Positions 1-8,844 are shown, counted from the first letter of the stretch. The stretch: DNA of 64,000 bases from Rubripirellula sp. (GCA_965216875.1 OZ244207.1:5632001-5696000), one strand, 5' to 3'. Notes: generated by a model not told the origin, from the sequence alone. A program made the numbers and translations.

Positions 1-1191
1 CGACGCAGAACAACGAACGACATCGCTGTGCCCGGTCCAAACCTGCCAGCACTTCAGTATCCTGGCGAGGCCCAGCCGATCCAGATTCCCCCGACCCCAC
101 CAGCGGTCCGCGAGCCGATCAATCCAAGCGACCCACTTGCCGCTAGGCTGCCAGCGCTAGCGGACGAAATCACAACGCCGATGGGAGAAGCGTTTGCGCA
201 GGGCTTTCCACAGGACATCGTCGCGGAGGCTGAGGCCACTGCACCTGAATCTCAAAGCCTGCTCGGTACTGCTGAAGTGACGGTTGACGTGCACACGAAC
301 ACAATCATTGTCGTCGCACCTCCAGATGTTCAGCGCGTCTACGCGACATTGATTGAGCGGCTCGATCAGCGCCGGCCACAAGTTTTGATCGAAGCTCAGA
401 TCGTGATCATTGACACGTCTGATGACTACACCCTTGGTGTCGAAGTCTCAGGTGGCGACCGTAGCGGCGTAAAGCGATTGTTCAGCTTTTCGAGCTACGG
501 CCTGAGTACGGTTGATCCGACGTCGGGGGCACTAAGCATCATTCCTGGTGTTGGATTCAACGGAACTTTGGTTGACCCTGACACTGCGGATGTGGTTGTC
601 AGAGCGCTAACGACTCATCGCCGAGCACGCGTGCTTTCAGCACCAAGAATTTTGGTAAACGACAACGCGGAAGGGCAATTGACGAGCGTCTTGGAAGTTC
701 CCTTCACAAGTGTCAATGCGTCACAAACGGTTGCAACCACGAGCTTTGCAGGTTTCGCGGAGGCGGGGACAACAATCACGGCGACGCCAACGATTAGTGA
801 AGACAACTATTTGCAGCTCGACTACACCGTGACGCTCAACTCGTTCACCGGTGTGGGATCTGACGGTGTGCCCCCTCCACGCCAAACCAATGAGGTTCGA
901 AGCCGGGTTACAGTTCCCGATGGCTATACCGTGATCGTTGGTGGCCTCACCTCAAAGAACGAATCGTACGAAATCGATTCGATCCCATTTCTTGAGCTGA
1001 TCCCTTTGATCAAGGATCTCAGCAGCCTACAACGCGACAATTGGCAGGAAACGTCATTGTTCGTTTTCCTCAAGCCGATCATCTTGCGTGAGGACAAGTT
1101 CAAAGACCTACGCTTCCTCTCAGATTCCAGCCTGCAAAAAGCCGAGCGCCCCGGCAATTTCCCTGCGAACGAACCACTTACGATCGAGTAA
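1..1191 (+). CDS. gspD: Type II secretion secretin (GspD/PulD-like), C-terminal part; 5' end outside window
   Basis: Frame open from base 1; secretin motifs 'LDQRRPQVLIEAQIV', 'VLSAPRILVNDN', 'VTVPDGYTVIVGGL', 'IPFLELIPLI', 'LFVFLKPIIL'. Confidence 0.85.
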   Translation, partial: RRRTTNDIAVPGPNLPALQYPGEAQPIQIPPTPPAVREPINPSDPLAARLPALADEITTPMGEAFAQGFPQDIVAEAEATAPESQSLLGTAEVTVDVHTNTIIVVAPPDVQRVYATLIERLDQRRPQVLIEAQIVIIDTSDDYTLGVEVSGGDRSGVKRLFSFSSYGLSTVDPTSGALSIIPGVGFNGTLVDPDTADVVVRALTTHRRARVLSAPRILVNDNAEGQLTSVLEVPFTSVNASQTVATTSFAGFAEAGTTITATPTISEDNYLQLDYTVTLNSFTGVGSDGVPPPRQTNEVRSRVTVPDGYTVIVGGLTSKNESYEIDSIPFLELIPLIKDLSSLQRDNWQETSLFVFLKPIILREDKFKDLRFLSDSSLQKAERPGNFPANEPLTIE

Positions 1192-1307
1192 GCGGTCAGC
1201 GCCGTGACCTCTGTTGTCAACCCTCAACACTTTGAGGGCGAGTTTGATTGCACTATAGGAAATCGCCCCTACACTGAGGGTAAGGGTTGCGTTTTCGCTC
1301 CCTTCTT

Positions 1308-1360
1308 GAGGCCGGCTAGGGTAGCTCCCGAACAGCGACCGTTCATCGCCCGCCGGCTCT
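1308..1360 (+). ncRNA. Candidate structured RNA, possibly c4/CI-like phage antisense RNA
   Basis: Closing stem GCCGGC(1311-16)/GCCGGC(1352-57) encloses hairpins GGG-TAGCT-CCC and GCGA-CCGTTCA-TCGC; lies just upstream of the element's first phage-like gene; family assignment from memory only. Confidence 0.4.
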
Positions 1361-1397
1361 CTTTCTAAGGAAGGAACACGTCGGGGAGGAACGACCG

Positions 1398-2297
1398 ATG
1401 CAAGAAGTCAGTAGTGCCCTTGAGGTAGTCAAGAATCTGTGCAGCCATGCTGGTGATATTACGGCAACAACCCGGCTAGTTGTAGCGAGATGGAATGCCG
1501 GCGATCGCGAGGCGGGACTTACGCAACAGCTCACCGAGGCAGTGCTGCATGACATTAACAATCTCCGGATTGCAGCGGAGCATTTAGATGTGCTCGATTC
1601 CTTGTTGATAAAGGATGGAACGTCTTCTCCCATTGCTGACAAGCTATTCGCCTTGTCCCAAGGCTCAGAAAGAAAGACTGCTCGGTATCGCAACACTCCT
1701 GTCGAAACTTCGCTGGGGTTGCTCGCGCGCCAGGTGCGGGACTTTCTGTTTCGAATTGGAAGCAACGTTGATAGCGTTATCGGGGAGTATTTTATCGAGA
1801 CCAGTTTCTTCGCCGATCCAACGTACTGGCTACGGATCCGGAATCAACTTGAGGTAGAGCTTCGGCGGGCGGGCTGCAAACTTCACGGTCCACTTGCCAA
1901 CGCGTTAGATCTTGCGCTGGTTATACCGTCTGAACTAGCAGCTGATTCGTTGAGTGAGCTCTTTGACTTCATTGAGTCGACTGGGTCAGCCTCTGAACAA
2001 GACGTCCCTACTAAGAAACCGATGACGCCTGCAGAAATAAAAGGCAAGGCATATGCGCTGATTGCCAATGGTGAACGCTACTCTTCCTGTCGAGAACTCG
2101 CGAATGCCGTGGGATGCGCTCGTAGGGCAAAAGCCATCCAAGAAGTATGGCGACAGTGTGGCGAGCGAATAACCAATCCACGTGCAGTGGACCTCCATTG
2201 CAATATTCAAGACCCCTCAGACCAGCTTAACCAACTAATCGACGAACAGGCTTGCGACGACGCCTCTACGGGCAAGCCACAACGCCGCCGAGTTTGA
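1398..2297 (+). CDS. Hypothetical protein with probable C-terminal HTH (element regulator)
   Basis: 299 aa ORF, GGAGGA RBS; C-terminal 'YSSCRELANAVGCARRAKAI' is HTH-like; followed by a palindrome. Confidence 0.6.
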   Translation: MQEVSSALEVVKNLCSHAGDITATTRLVVARWNAGDREAGLTQQLTEAVLHDINNLRIAAEHLDVLDSLLIKDGTSSPIADKLFALSQGSERKTARYRNTPVETSLGLLARQVRDFLFRIGSNVDSVIGEYFIETSFFADPTYWLRIRNQLEVELRRAGCKLHGPLANALDLALVIPSELAADSLSELFDFIESTGSASEQDVPTKKPMTPAEIKGKAYALIANGERYSSCRELANAVGCARRAKAIQEVWRQCGERITNPRAVDLHCNIQDPSDQLNQLIDEQACDDASTGKPQRRRV

Positions 2298-2302
2298 GCA
2301 TC

Positions 2303-2341
2303 CTTGCTTAGTGGCGCGCCCGGGCACGCCCACTAAGCAAG
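2303..2341. promoter_or_regulatory. 39-bp inverted repeat (operator or hairpin)
   Basis: CTTGCTTAGTGG ... CCACTAAGCAAG perfect 12-bp arms around quasi-palindromic CGCGCCCGGGCACGC. Confidence 0.55.
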
Positions 2342-2443
2342 AATCTTATCCCGTGTTTTTCGGACGGCAGAGCATTTCGCTGGGCCGTGCGTGCCCATCT
2401 CGCCGGATTGTGAAGGCAGGAGTTATTCACAAGAGGCGATTCA

Positions 2444-2653
2444 ATGCAAACTAAGGTCCCGGTCCAGCTGCTGACCGCCCGTGTCATCGCGGAGCGGATC
2501 GGCGTGCCGATACATCGCGTCCGGCGAATTCTGGAAACTCGGCAAGACATCAAGCCTGCGGCAATGGCGGGCAGGACGCGGTTGTACAACGCAGCAGCGT
2601 TGGCTCGTGTGCGATACGAACTTTCCGTTATCGACGCGAGGCGGAGCAGATGA
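2444..2653 (+). CDS. Small winged-HTH protein (excisionase/AlpA/MerR-like)
   Basis: 'LLTARVIAERIGVPIHRVRRIL...GRTRLYNAAALARV'; GAGG RBS; first gene of a coupled operon. Confidence 0.7.
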   Translation: MQTKVPVQLLTARVIAERIGVPIHRVRRILETRQDIKPAAMAGRTRLYNAAALARVRYELSVIDARRSR

Positions 2654-2829
2654 GCGACAAGTTGACGAAACCACAAGCAGATGCGCTCGCAGTTCTGCTC
2701 CTTACATTAATGGCACCGGAACTGCCGAAGTCGAAGGAAGTGGATGACCCGGCACTTTCCCCGACACATTCAATTGCCTTACCGACCAGGTGCAACGCCA
2801 ATTCCAACCAGCATGGAGGTAACGCATGA
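2650..2829 (+). CDS. 59-aa hypothetical protein missing from the ORF track
   Basis: My translation MSDKLTKPQADALAVLLLTLMAPELPKSKEVDDPALSPTHSIALPTRCNANSNQHGGNA*; ATGA start/stop overlaps with both neighbours. Confidence 0.65.
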   Translation: MSDKLTKPQADALAVLLLTLMAPELPKSKEVDDPALSPTHSIALPTRCNANSNQHGGNA

Positions 2830-3638
2830 GAGGGTTTGCAAAACTCGAAAGATCGATTCTTGAGTCGTGTGTCGCTGACTCTGACGAGCTGCTAGGCCTT
2901 TACACCCGACTGCTACTCACGGCCAATTGGAAACCGCGGACCTTTAAAGGGATTCGAATCGAGCCAGGCCAGATGGTGCTATCCGACCGGTCACTGCGTG
3001 ATCGGCTTTATGGTGGCGCGGATGAGGCACCTTGCATCAATACGGTCAAGAAACGACTGGCCATGCTCGCATCGCTAGGTGTGATTAGAGTTGAGACCAT
3101 CAAACGACATCGGATTGTGTCGATCGCGTCAAGTATTGGCGCGGAGGGTGCGTCAAGCTTTGGCGCATGGCCCCCAGTCACGCCAGATTCTGACGCGATC
3201 GATGGCGCACAACTTGGTGCGAACTTTGGCGCAGAAAGAAGAAGAGAAAGAAAAGAGAAGAATGGAGAAGATACTTCCGTCAATGTCGAGCTGTCAGGCC
3301 GGTTCAAAGATGTCTTTGACGGTTGGAACGCTAGAGCTCAGGTAGTAGGCGATCCGTCACGAATGCCCTTGGTTCGCTCATTGAGCAAAGACCGACAGAC
3401 AAAGCTAAAGACGCGCCTAAGCGAGCAGACGTTCCGGGAGAACTGGCGACGTGCGATCGCCATGCTTCCGATACCAGCCAAGCGGGGATTCGATTGGTCA
3501 CCCAAATTTGATTGGCTCATCCAGAACGAGACCAACATTTTGAAGTTGGTCGAGGGCAACTATCACTCAGCAGACCCTCACGCTCGTGCTGGCGTCGACT
3601 TCGATCCGGAATACGGTGACTACGGGAAGGGTTTTTGA
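2826..3638 (+). CDS. Phage replication initiator (lambda O-like)
   Basis: N-terminal wHTH 'LLLTANWKP..IEPGQMVLSDRSL'; C-terminal 'WSPKFDWLIQNETNILKLVEGNY'; internal iterons; upstream of DnaC-like ATPase. Confidence 0.75.
   Translation: MRGFAKLERSILESCVADSDELLGLYTRLLLTANWKPRTFKGIRIEPGQMVLSDRSLRDRLYGGADEAPCINTVKKRLAMLASLGVIRVETIKRHRIVSIASSIGAEGASSFGAWPPVTPDSDAIDGAQLGANFGAERRRERKEKNGEDTSVNVELSGRFKDVFDGWNARAQVVGDPSRMPLVRSLSKDRQTKLKTRLSEQTFRENWRRAIAMLPIPAKRGFDWSPKFDWLIQNETNILKLVEGNYHSADPHARAGVDFDPEYGDYGKGF
3126..3271. repeat. Putative replication origin: iterons plus purine-rich tract inside the initiator gene
   Basis: TGRYGC at 3137, 3161, 3191, 3203, 3215, 3227 (last four 12 bp apart); GCGTCAAG-N2-TTGGCGC twice 24 bp apart; almost pure purine run 3234-3271. 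Confidence 0.55.
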
Positions 3639-4249
3639 TGATCACAGCTGCCGAAACCTGCCTTGACTATCTAGACCGGAAAGTTGGGGAACGGTACCGC
3701 AACTGCACGATTGACGGATTCGAACTCGTTCATCCTTCGGTCGAGCATGCCAAAGCACTCTGCCGGAACTACGTCACTAGCTTTCGGAGTCACTTCGCTG
3801 ACGGACGGGGCCTTGTCTTTATTGGCCCGAAGGGAACGGGAAAGGATCACCTAATGATTGCGGTCATGCGAGCAATTATTCGAGGCTACGACATTCAACA
3901 GCCAGGCCGCGTTCGCTATGAGGACGGAATGAAGTTCTATCGTCGATGCAGAGATACATTCAAATGCGACGTGCCAGAAGAAACCATTATCGAGCCGCTT
4001 TATTTCCCACACTTGCTCGGCCTTTCTGATCCCATTCCTCCGAGTGGTGAACTGTCCGAGTACGAGCAGAAAGTTCTGTTCGCACTTGTCGACCAAAGAT
4101 ACCGTCATTGCAGGCCAACCGCCGCAACCATCAACGTCCGCGAACGCGATGAGCTTGACCGCCGCATGGGAAGCCAAATCGCTGACCGCCTTTGCGATAG
4201 AGCAATTGTCGTGAAGTGCTTTTGGAAGTCCCACAGGAACGTACAGTGA
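3635..4249 (+). CDS. DnaC/IstB-like AAA+ helicase loader
   Basis: Walker A GPKGTGKDH; 'LFALVDQRY...PTAATIN'; 'MGSQIADRL...WKSHR'. Confidence 0.85.
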   Translation: MMITAAETCLDYLDRKVGERYRNCTIDGFELVHPSVEHAKALCRNYVTSFRSHFADGRGLVFIGPKGTGKDHLMIAVMRAIIRGYDIQQPGRVRYEDGMKFYRRCRDTFKCDVPEETIIEPLYFPHLLGLSDPIPPSGELSEYEQKVLFALVDQRYRHCRPTAATINVRERDELDRRMGSQIADRLCDRAIVVKCFWKSHRNVQ

Positions 4250-4356
4250 CTCCACTGCGGGTCCTTTCTGAGGGCCAATGTAAACGGTGTGCCACCCCCC
4301 TCGACGCAAACAATGACACAGTGCGTGCGTGTCCGCCAAACTGACAGGAGCCTAAC

Positions 4357-4578
4357 GTGCGAAAGATCAACACGGATGGATTGAAGATCGTTGTCGTCCC
4401 CAGGGCGAGATGCCCTGAGTGTGGAGGGCATGCCTTAAAGACCGTTCGATCCGTCAGATCTCAAGACATGTCCGCGACACGTTACACAGCTTGCAAGTCC
4501 TGCGATGCGAGGTTCATCGTGATCGTCGATCCGTCAATTGGTCCAGAATTTGGACGAATCGAGATGGACATTTCGTAG
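4357..4578 (+). CDS. Ogr/Delta-like C4 zinc-finger protein
   Basis: CPECG ... 'TRYTACKSCDARF'; 73 aa; AGGAG RBS. Confidence 0.6.
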   Translation: MRKINTDGLKIVVVPRARCPECGGHALKTVRSVRSQDMSATRYTACKSCDARFIVIVDPSIGPEFGRIEMDIS

Positions 4579-4611
4579 TATTCACTAACTTGCTTCACGG
4601 AGTGAATAGAC

Positions 4612-4824
4612 ATGCCAACTTTAGACGTTATCGCCATCGGCCGACTGTCCGGCGAATTGCAGACACCTGTGCAACGGTTACGAGAGATCGTGACTGAGTT
4701 ACGTATCGAACCAACTGCGATCATCAACAATATCGAACACTTCGATCGCATCGATGCGGAACGAATCGCCATGCACATTCGAAGCACCCATCCCCGTTCG
4801 GGTCCTTCCGAGACATTGGCGTAG
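4612..4824 (+). CDS. Small winged-HTH protein, paralog-like to 2444-2653
   Basis: 'VIAIGRLSGELQTPVQRLREIV..EP..IINNIEHFD' aligns by eye with the 2444 protein; GGAG RBS. Confidence 0.6.
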   Translation: MPTLDVIAIGRLSGELQTPVQRLREIVTELRIEPTAIINNIEHFDRIDAERIAMHIRSTHPRSGPSETLA

Positions 4825-5026
4825 CTCTCAGAGATTTACGCCCTCGACCGATCCAGACACAATCCGTCCGGCATGCCTGTTCATTTCGGCAGCGCGTCCT
4901 CCTGGAGGGGCCTACCCCTGTCGCGGGTTCCACTCCGAACACAAAACTCGCACGCAGGATTTTCCTGAGGGCACCACCACCACCACATTCACCCAGCCCC
5001 AGGATTTGGAAAACAAGGAAACGACC

Positions 5027-5734
5027 GTGCTCTACTTCATTGAAGGCATCAAAGCGACAAGCAAGGACGTGCTGGAGCAGCATGGTCTTGATCACTTGGT
5101 TGGTAATCAAGCGGGCGGCCGCGAATCGGGCACTGGCCCTGGTGGGAAACCTGGCTGTTTAGTCGTCGATCAATCCCGATTCAAGCGGATCCAGTTTTCT
5201 CCTGACCAGCAAACTTGGGAGCCACGGTTCGGTTATCCCGGCACTTGGGTTGGCATGTGGAACGACAGCCCACCTGGCCCGGAAGAATTGGCGAGTGAAA
5301 AGCAACTTGATGGCCCGGTCGTTCGGTTGCTCGATGGGAACCTCTGGCAGATTCCGCTGTTGCGGGAATGGTCTTTGTTTGAGGGCGATGTGGTCTATGA
5401 GTGCTGTCTGCCGAGGGTCTTTATGCAATGTCAAGAAACGGGGAGATTGAAACCTGGGGATGTTGTGCGGCAGTATCGGCAACTGTGGGACGACTCGGTC
5501 ACCGTTACTGAAGCCATGTTGGGTGGTGGACGCAGCGACAATGATCCTGAGTTCGATAGCCGGTTTTTGGATCAGTTCTTGGGCTCGCTCTTGGCCGCCA
5601 ACTATCAGGTTTCGCTAACCGAAATCAGCTTGCTTCAGCTCATCGATGAGGGTCTTTCTGGCGAAGTGATTCGAGCATCCATTGGCTGGCAAAGCGTTCT
5701 TGATTTGTCCGCTGAACTTCAATGCCAAAACTAA
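5027..5734 (+). CDS. Phage hypothetical protein in tail-assembly-chaperone position
   Basis: GTG start after AAGGAA (track ORF begins at 4754); directly upstream of the tape-measure-like gene; function inferred from position only. Confidence 0.5.
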   Translation: MLYFIEGIKATSKDVLEQHGLDHLVGNQAGGRESGTGPGGKPGCLVVDQSRFKRIQFSPDQQTWEPRFGYPGTWVGMWNDSPPGPEELASEKQLDGPVVRLLDGNLWQIPLLREWSLFEGDVVYECCLPRVFMQCQETGRLKPGDVVRQYRQLWDDSVTVTEAMLGGGRSDNDPEFDSRFLDQFLGSLLAANYQVSLTEISLLQLIDEGLSGEVIRASIGWQSVLDLSAELQCQN

Positions 5735-5747
5735 GGATGGTACAGCC

Positions 5748-7832
5748 GTGGCAACAACCGTCGTTGAAATGACTGGCGAAGAAAGGCGATTGATTCAGTC
5801 GCTCCAGAAGGTCATCGCAAAGGAAGCTGAACACGCGAACCAACTAGAACGCACCGGGCGGGCTGGCGGAAAGGCTGGCGATGGCATTGACCGAGGGATG
5901 AAGAGGGCCGAGAAGGCGTCCGTACTGTCGCTGAAAGGAATCCAGCGAGCCGGAACCGATTCATTTAGGAAGCTCAGGACCTCCGCTGCTAGTGACCTCG
6001 CATCTGTCGCAGGCGGGTTCACATCGCTTGAAGCAGGGCTGGGTAAGTTTGTTGAGCTTCAAAACGCGGCAATCGCAAAGAACAGAGAGTTGTTCTCTGG
6101 TCTGCAATCGACAGAAGGAGGTGATCGACGGTTGGTCCAGATCGCTGAGAATGCTCAAGACTTCAGGCAATTGCGTGGGCGGGCAGATGAAATAGCTGGC
6201 AAGTTTGGGATCGAACGTACTGACGCGCGCGGCCTAGTGTTCAGTGCTCGCTCAGAGAACTTTGAAGACACGCTTGAGTTCATCGCCAAGAATGCCCAAG
6301 TCATAGATACAACGGCCCAGAGCACGGTTGCGGGCCAACTGCCGCAGCTGTTCAAAGGCAGTGGACTAACGGGGACCCAGTTCATCAATGCTACGTTGGC
6401 TGCTGCAAAGGACAGCCGAGCCGACTTCGAAGCGATTGCAAGAGTTGTCCCAATCGCTGCGCAAGGTGGTTCAGTCGCAGGTGCAAAACCTGAAGAGATC
6501 CTTGCGGCAACGTCCGTGCTGCCATCAAGGACTACTTCACCCGAAGTCGCGGCCAACCTAATCAAAGCCTTTGCCACGAAAGTTGGGTTGGATACTGGGA
6601 CTACTGCCGAGGATCGCAAAGCGTTCGAAAAAAAAGAAGCGGACCGCCTGAGCTCGGCACAACTCAGGTTGCGAAGCCTAACCGAACGACGGGACGACCT
6701 GCAGGAAGATCTTGCGGACGCTCCACGAAGCCGCAGGGCGGATCTTGAGAAGGCTTTGGCAAGGGCGAACCGAGCGATTGACGAGTTTGATCGGTCGCAG
6801 CTCGACAAGAGATCCTTTGCGGCAAGAGAGTCACTGTCTGGCGTTGGCCTGCTTGGTGCTGTAAGAAAACTCGATTCACTGCCGGAAGCGCTTCAGCGTG
6901 ACTTCCTCGGTGAAAGCCAGGAGCTTAACCAGGGATTCATTCTGCTAAAGAAGAATCTTAATACGATCGAACAGCGGGCTGCAACAATCAGCGAGCAGTT
7001 TGGTCTTACCGGAACCGGTCGATCGATCACTGCAAAGCGGCGAGCGATCACATTAAGGAATCCGGAGCTCGCCACCCTTCTTGAAGAACGCAAAAGCCGA
7101 ATTGCTCTCGAGATCGAACGTGACGACCGGGCGTTACTTGAAGGATCCAGCCAAGCAAAAGCTAACCGAGCCCTGGCGACCGCCGAACGCGACGGCTCAT
7201 CCGCTCTTCGTATTGCTGCAGCGGAGTCGTTTGGCGAGACAGCGACGGGATTAGGCTTTTCTCGTGAGAATGCGATCACGCTGGTAGCTGGCAACGACCT
7301 TGGACAACTCGAGCGGGACTTGGCGTTCTCGTCACGCTCTAGCCCTGGCCAGAAGCTTGGTCCGCTCGTCAACGCGGTAAAAGAACTTCGGCGAGCTCGT
7401 GGCGTTGACCCAACGGCACTTGTCCCCCGCGATGCGGCCGCCGGCTACCTGCGAAACGTCACGGGTCGTGAAATCTTCGCCAACAACATCACTGATACCG
7501 AGAGGCTTGGACTCACAAACCAAATTGTCGCGCAGGCAAAGAAAACAACCGGTTTTGGCCGAAGTGCGACCATCGGAGTTCTCGATGCATTGGGGCCGCT
7601 TGGCAACTTGGCACTTGGATCAAAACAACTGGCTGTCAATGAGGGCCTGGACGCCGCAAAGGAGATCCGAGCAGGCCTAGAGGCACAGGCGGCTGCCACT
7701 CGTGAACAGACCGAAGTGTTGAGGCAAATGCAGACGGATTCACAGGCGACCGCTTCAGCGACGCAAGCAACGGCAGCGAACACGCAACCAAGCCAATCAT
7801 CATTTGGTGACGCACAAAGGGCAGGAAGATGA
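5748..7832 (+). CDS. Tape-measure-like protein
   Basis: GTG start after AAGGA; Ala/Gly-rich and helical; core 'AAAKDSRADFEAIARVVPIAAQGGSVAGAKPEEILAATSVL...AANLIKA' resembles the TP901-family tape measure core. Confidence 0.65.
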   Translation: MATTVVEMTGEERRLIQSLQKVIAKEAEHANQLERTGRAGGKAGDGIDRGMKRAEKASVLSLKGIQRAGTDSFRKLRTSAASDLASVAGGFTSLEAGLGKFVELQNAAIAKNRELFSGLQSTEGGDRRLVQIAENAQDFRQLRGRADEIAGKFGIERTDARGLVFSARSENFEDTLEFIAKNAQVIDTTAQSTVAGQLPQLFKGSGLTGTQFINATLAAAKDSRADFEAIARVVPIAAQGGSVAGAKPEEILAATSVLPSRTTSPEVAANLIKAFATKVGLDTGTTAEDRKAFEKKEADRLSSAQLRLRSLTERRDDLQEDLADAPRSRRADLEKALARANRAIDEFDRSQLDKRSFAARESLSGVGLLGAVRKLDSLPEALQRDFLGESQELNQGFILLKKNLNTIEQRAATISEQFGLTGTGRSITAKRRAITLRNPELATLLEERKSRIALEIERDDRALLEGSSQAKANRALATAERDGSSALRIAAAESFGETATGLGFSRENAITLVAGNDLGQLERDLAFSSRSSPGQKLGPLVNAVKELRRARGVDPTALVPRDAAAGYLRNVTGREIFANNITDTERLGLTNQIVAQAKKTTGFGRSATIGVLDALGPLGNLALGSKQLAVNEGLDAAKEIRAGLEAQAAATREQTEVLRQMQTDSQATASATQATAANTQPSQSSFGDAQRAGR

Positions 7833-8062
7833 AAATCGAGAACTTCAACGATTTCGCTACAGCGTTTGAAATCATGGGTGACAACTTTGCCGAATCAGCC
7901 GAGGGGTTTGAGACGATGCAGGCAAAACTTGCTGGGCTACCAGATGAGTGGAAGCCGTTGCTTGAACAAGTACGCGTCATGAAGATCACTTCCAGACTGC
8001 TGCGGACACAAGCGAACACAGCAGCGGCGATTGCTCAAGAGATCGCAGACGGTGTTGGATAG
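7829..8062 (+). CDS. Small helical hypothetical protein
   Basis: 77 aa; ATGA overlap with the tape-measure-like gene; AGGAAG RBS. Confidence 0.6.
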   Translation: MKIENFNDFATAFEIMGDNFAESAEGFETMQAKLAGLPDEWKPLLEQVRVMKITSRLLRTQANTAAAIAQEIADGVG

Positions 8063-8071
8063 CGGAGCTAA

Positions 8072-8517
8072 CGGTGGTCAATTCGGCCACCCATGGAGTC
8101 CATTTGGTGTGCAGCATGCTGCACACCGTCGAAGTGCCAAGGTGGACGATCCGCATTCGACGGCTGGTCAAATTAGCCACCCGCAAGGGCGTGTGAGTTA
8201 CACGCCCATAAGACTTGAAAACACCAGCAAACTGAAAGTCCAGGGTAGATGATTTAGCTACCCGCGATCGATCTGTCCAGAATTCTGGACAGTTCGGGTT
8301 GGTCGAATTAGCCACCCTGACCTTACATAAGAATTTGTGGAGGGTCGGCACGTATGACCTTACTCAAGAATTTGAGGAAGGTTCGGAATAGAGCTTGCGC
8401 AAGTGTTTGCGTAAGGCTGTGGTACAAATTATTGCACCACAGCCCGACCCTAAACTGTGCGCAATTGCGCACAGTTTCGCCGCCCGCACAGGGCTTCGTG
8501 TCAAATTCTTGAAACAC
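8072..8517. repeat. Array of ~11 short inverted repeats with AATT-like cores
   Basis: Includes perfect palindromes CTGTCCAGAATTCTGGACAG (8273-8292) and AAACTGTGCGCAATTGCGCACAGTTT (8452-8477), and four GGTRG-N9-CYACC-type copies. Confidence 0.8.
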
Positions 8518-8844
8518 AGCGCCTTGCAACCGAACAGACCGAGCCGAACTTGACGACGAGCTCCCGTGTCGTGACAATGCGAGAGCTGTCGTGAAGGACT
8601 AATAACCGACACGACTTGACCGCTGGATTCAAAACCTCCGGCGGTGACAAAGCCAACTACTACCATTCTGACGATTTAGAAATGACAACGCCGCACGTTT
8701 TGTGGACCACCGGAAGCAATGAGCCTGCGCAGGCAGGGGAGCAACCGACCCGACCCGGGGTAGTAGCCGGGTTATTAGCAGGACGTGCGGCGTTGTCGTG
8801 CGCTGGCGGAATCGATCCGTTGGCGGAAAGGTTGAACCAGACCC

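Noticed and set aside
5720..5750. Programmed -1 frameshift (G/GT type) before the tape-measure-like gene
   Set aside because: No clear X XXY YYZ slippery heptamer, and the downstream gene has its own RBS and GTG start.
8072..8317. CRISPR array from the four GGTRG-N9-CYACC repeats
   Set aside because: Repeats are degenerate, gaps are irregular (68, 60, 32 bp) and no cas genes are present.
7986..8351. Minus-strand 121-aa ORF with RVAN repeats
   Set aside because: The peptide repeats are a by-product of the DNA palindromes; no RBS or recognisable domain.
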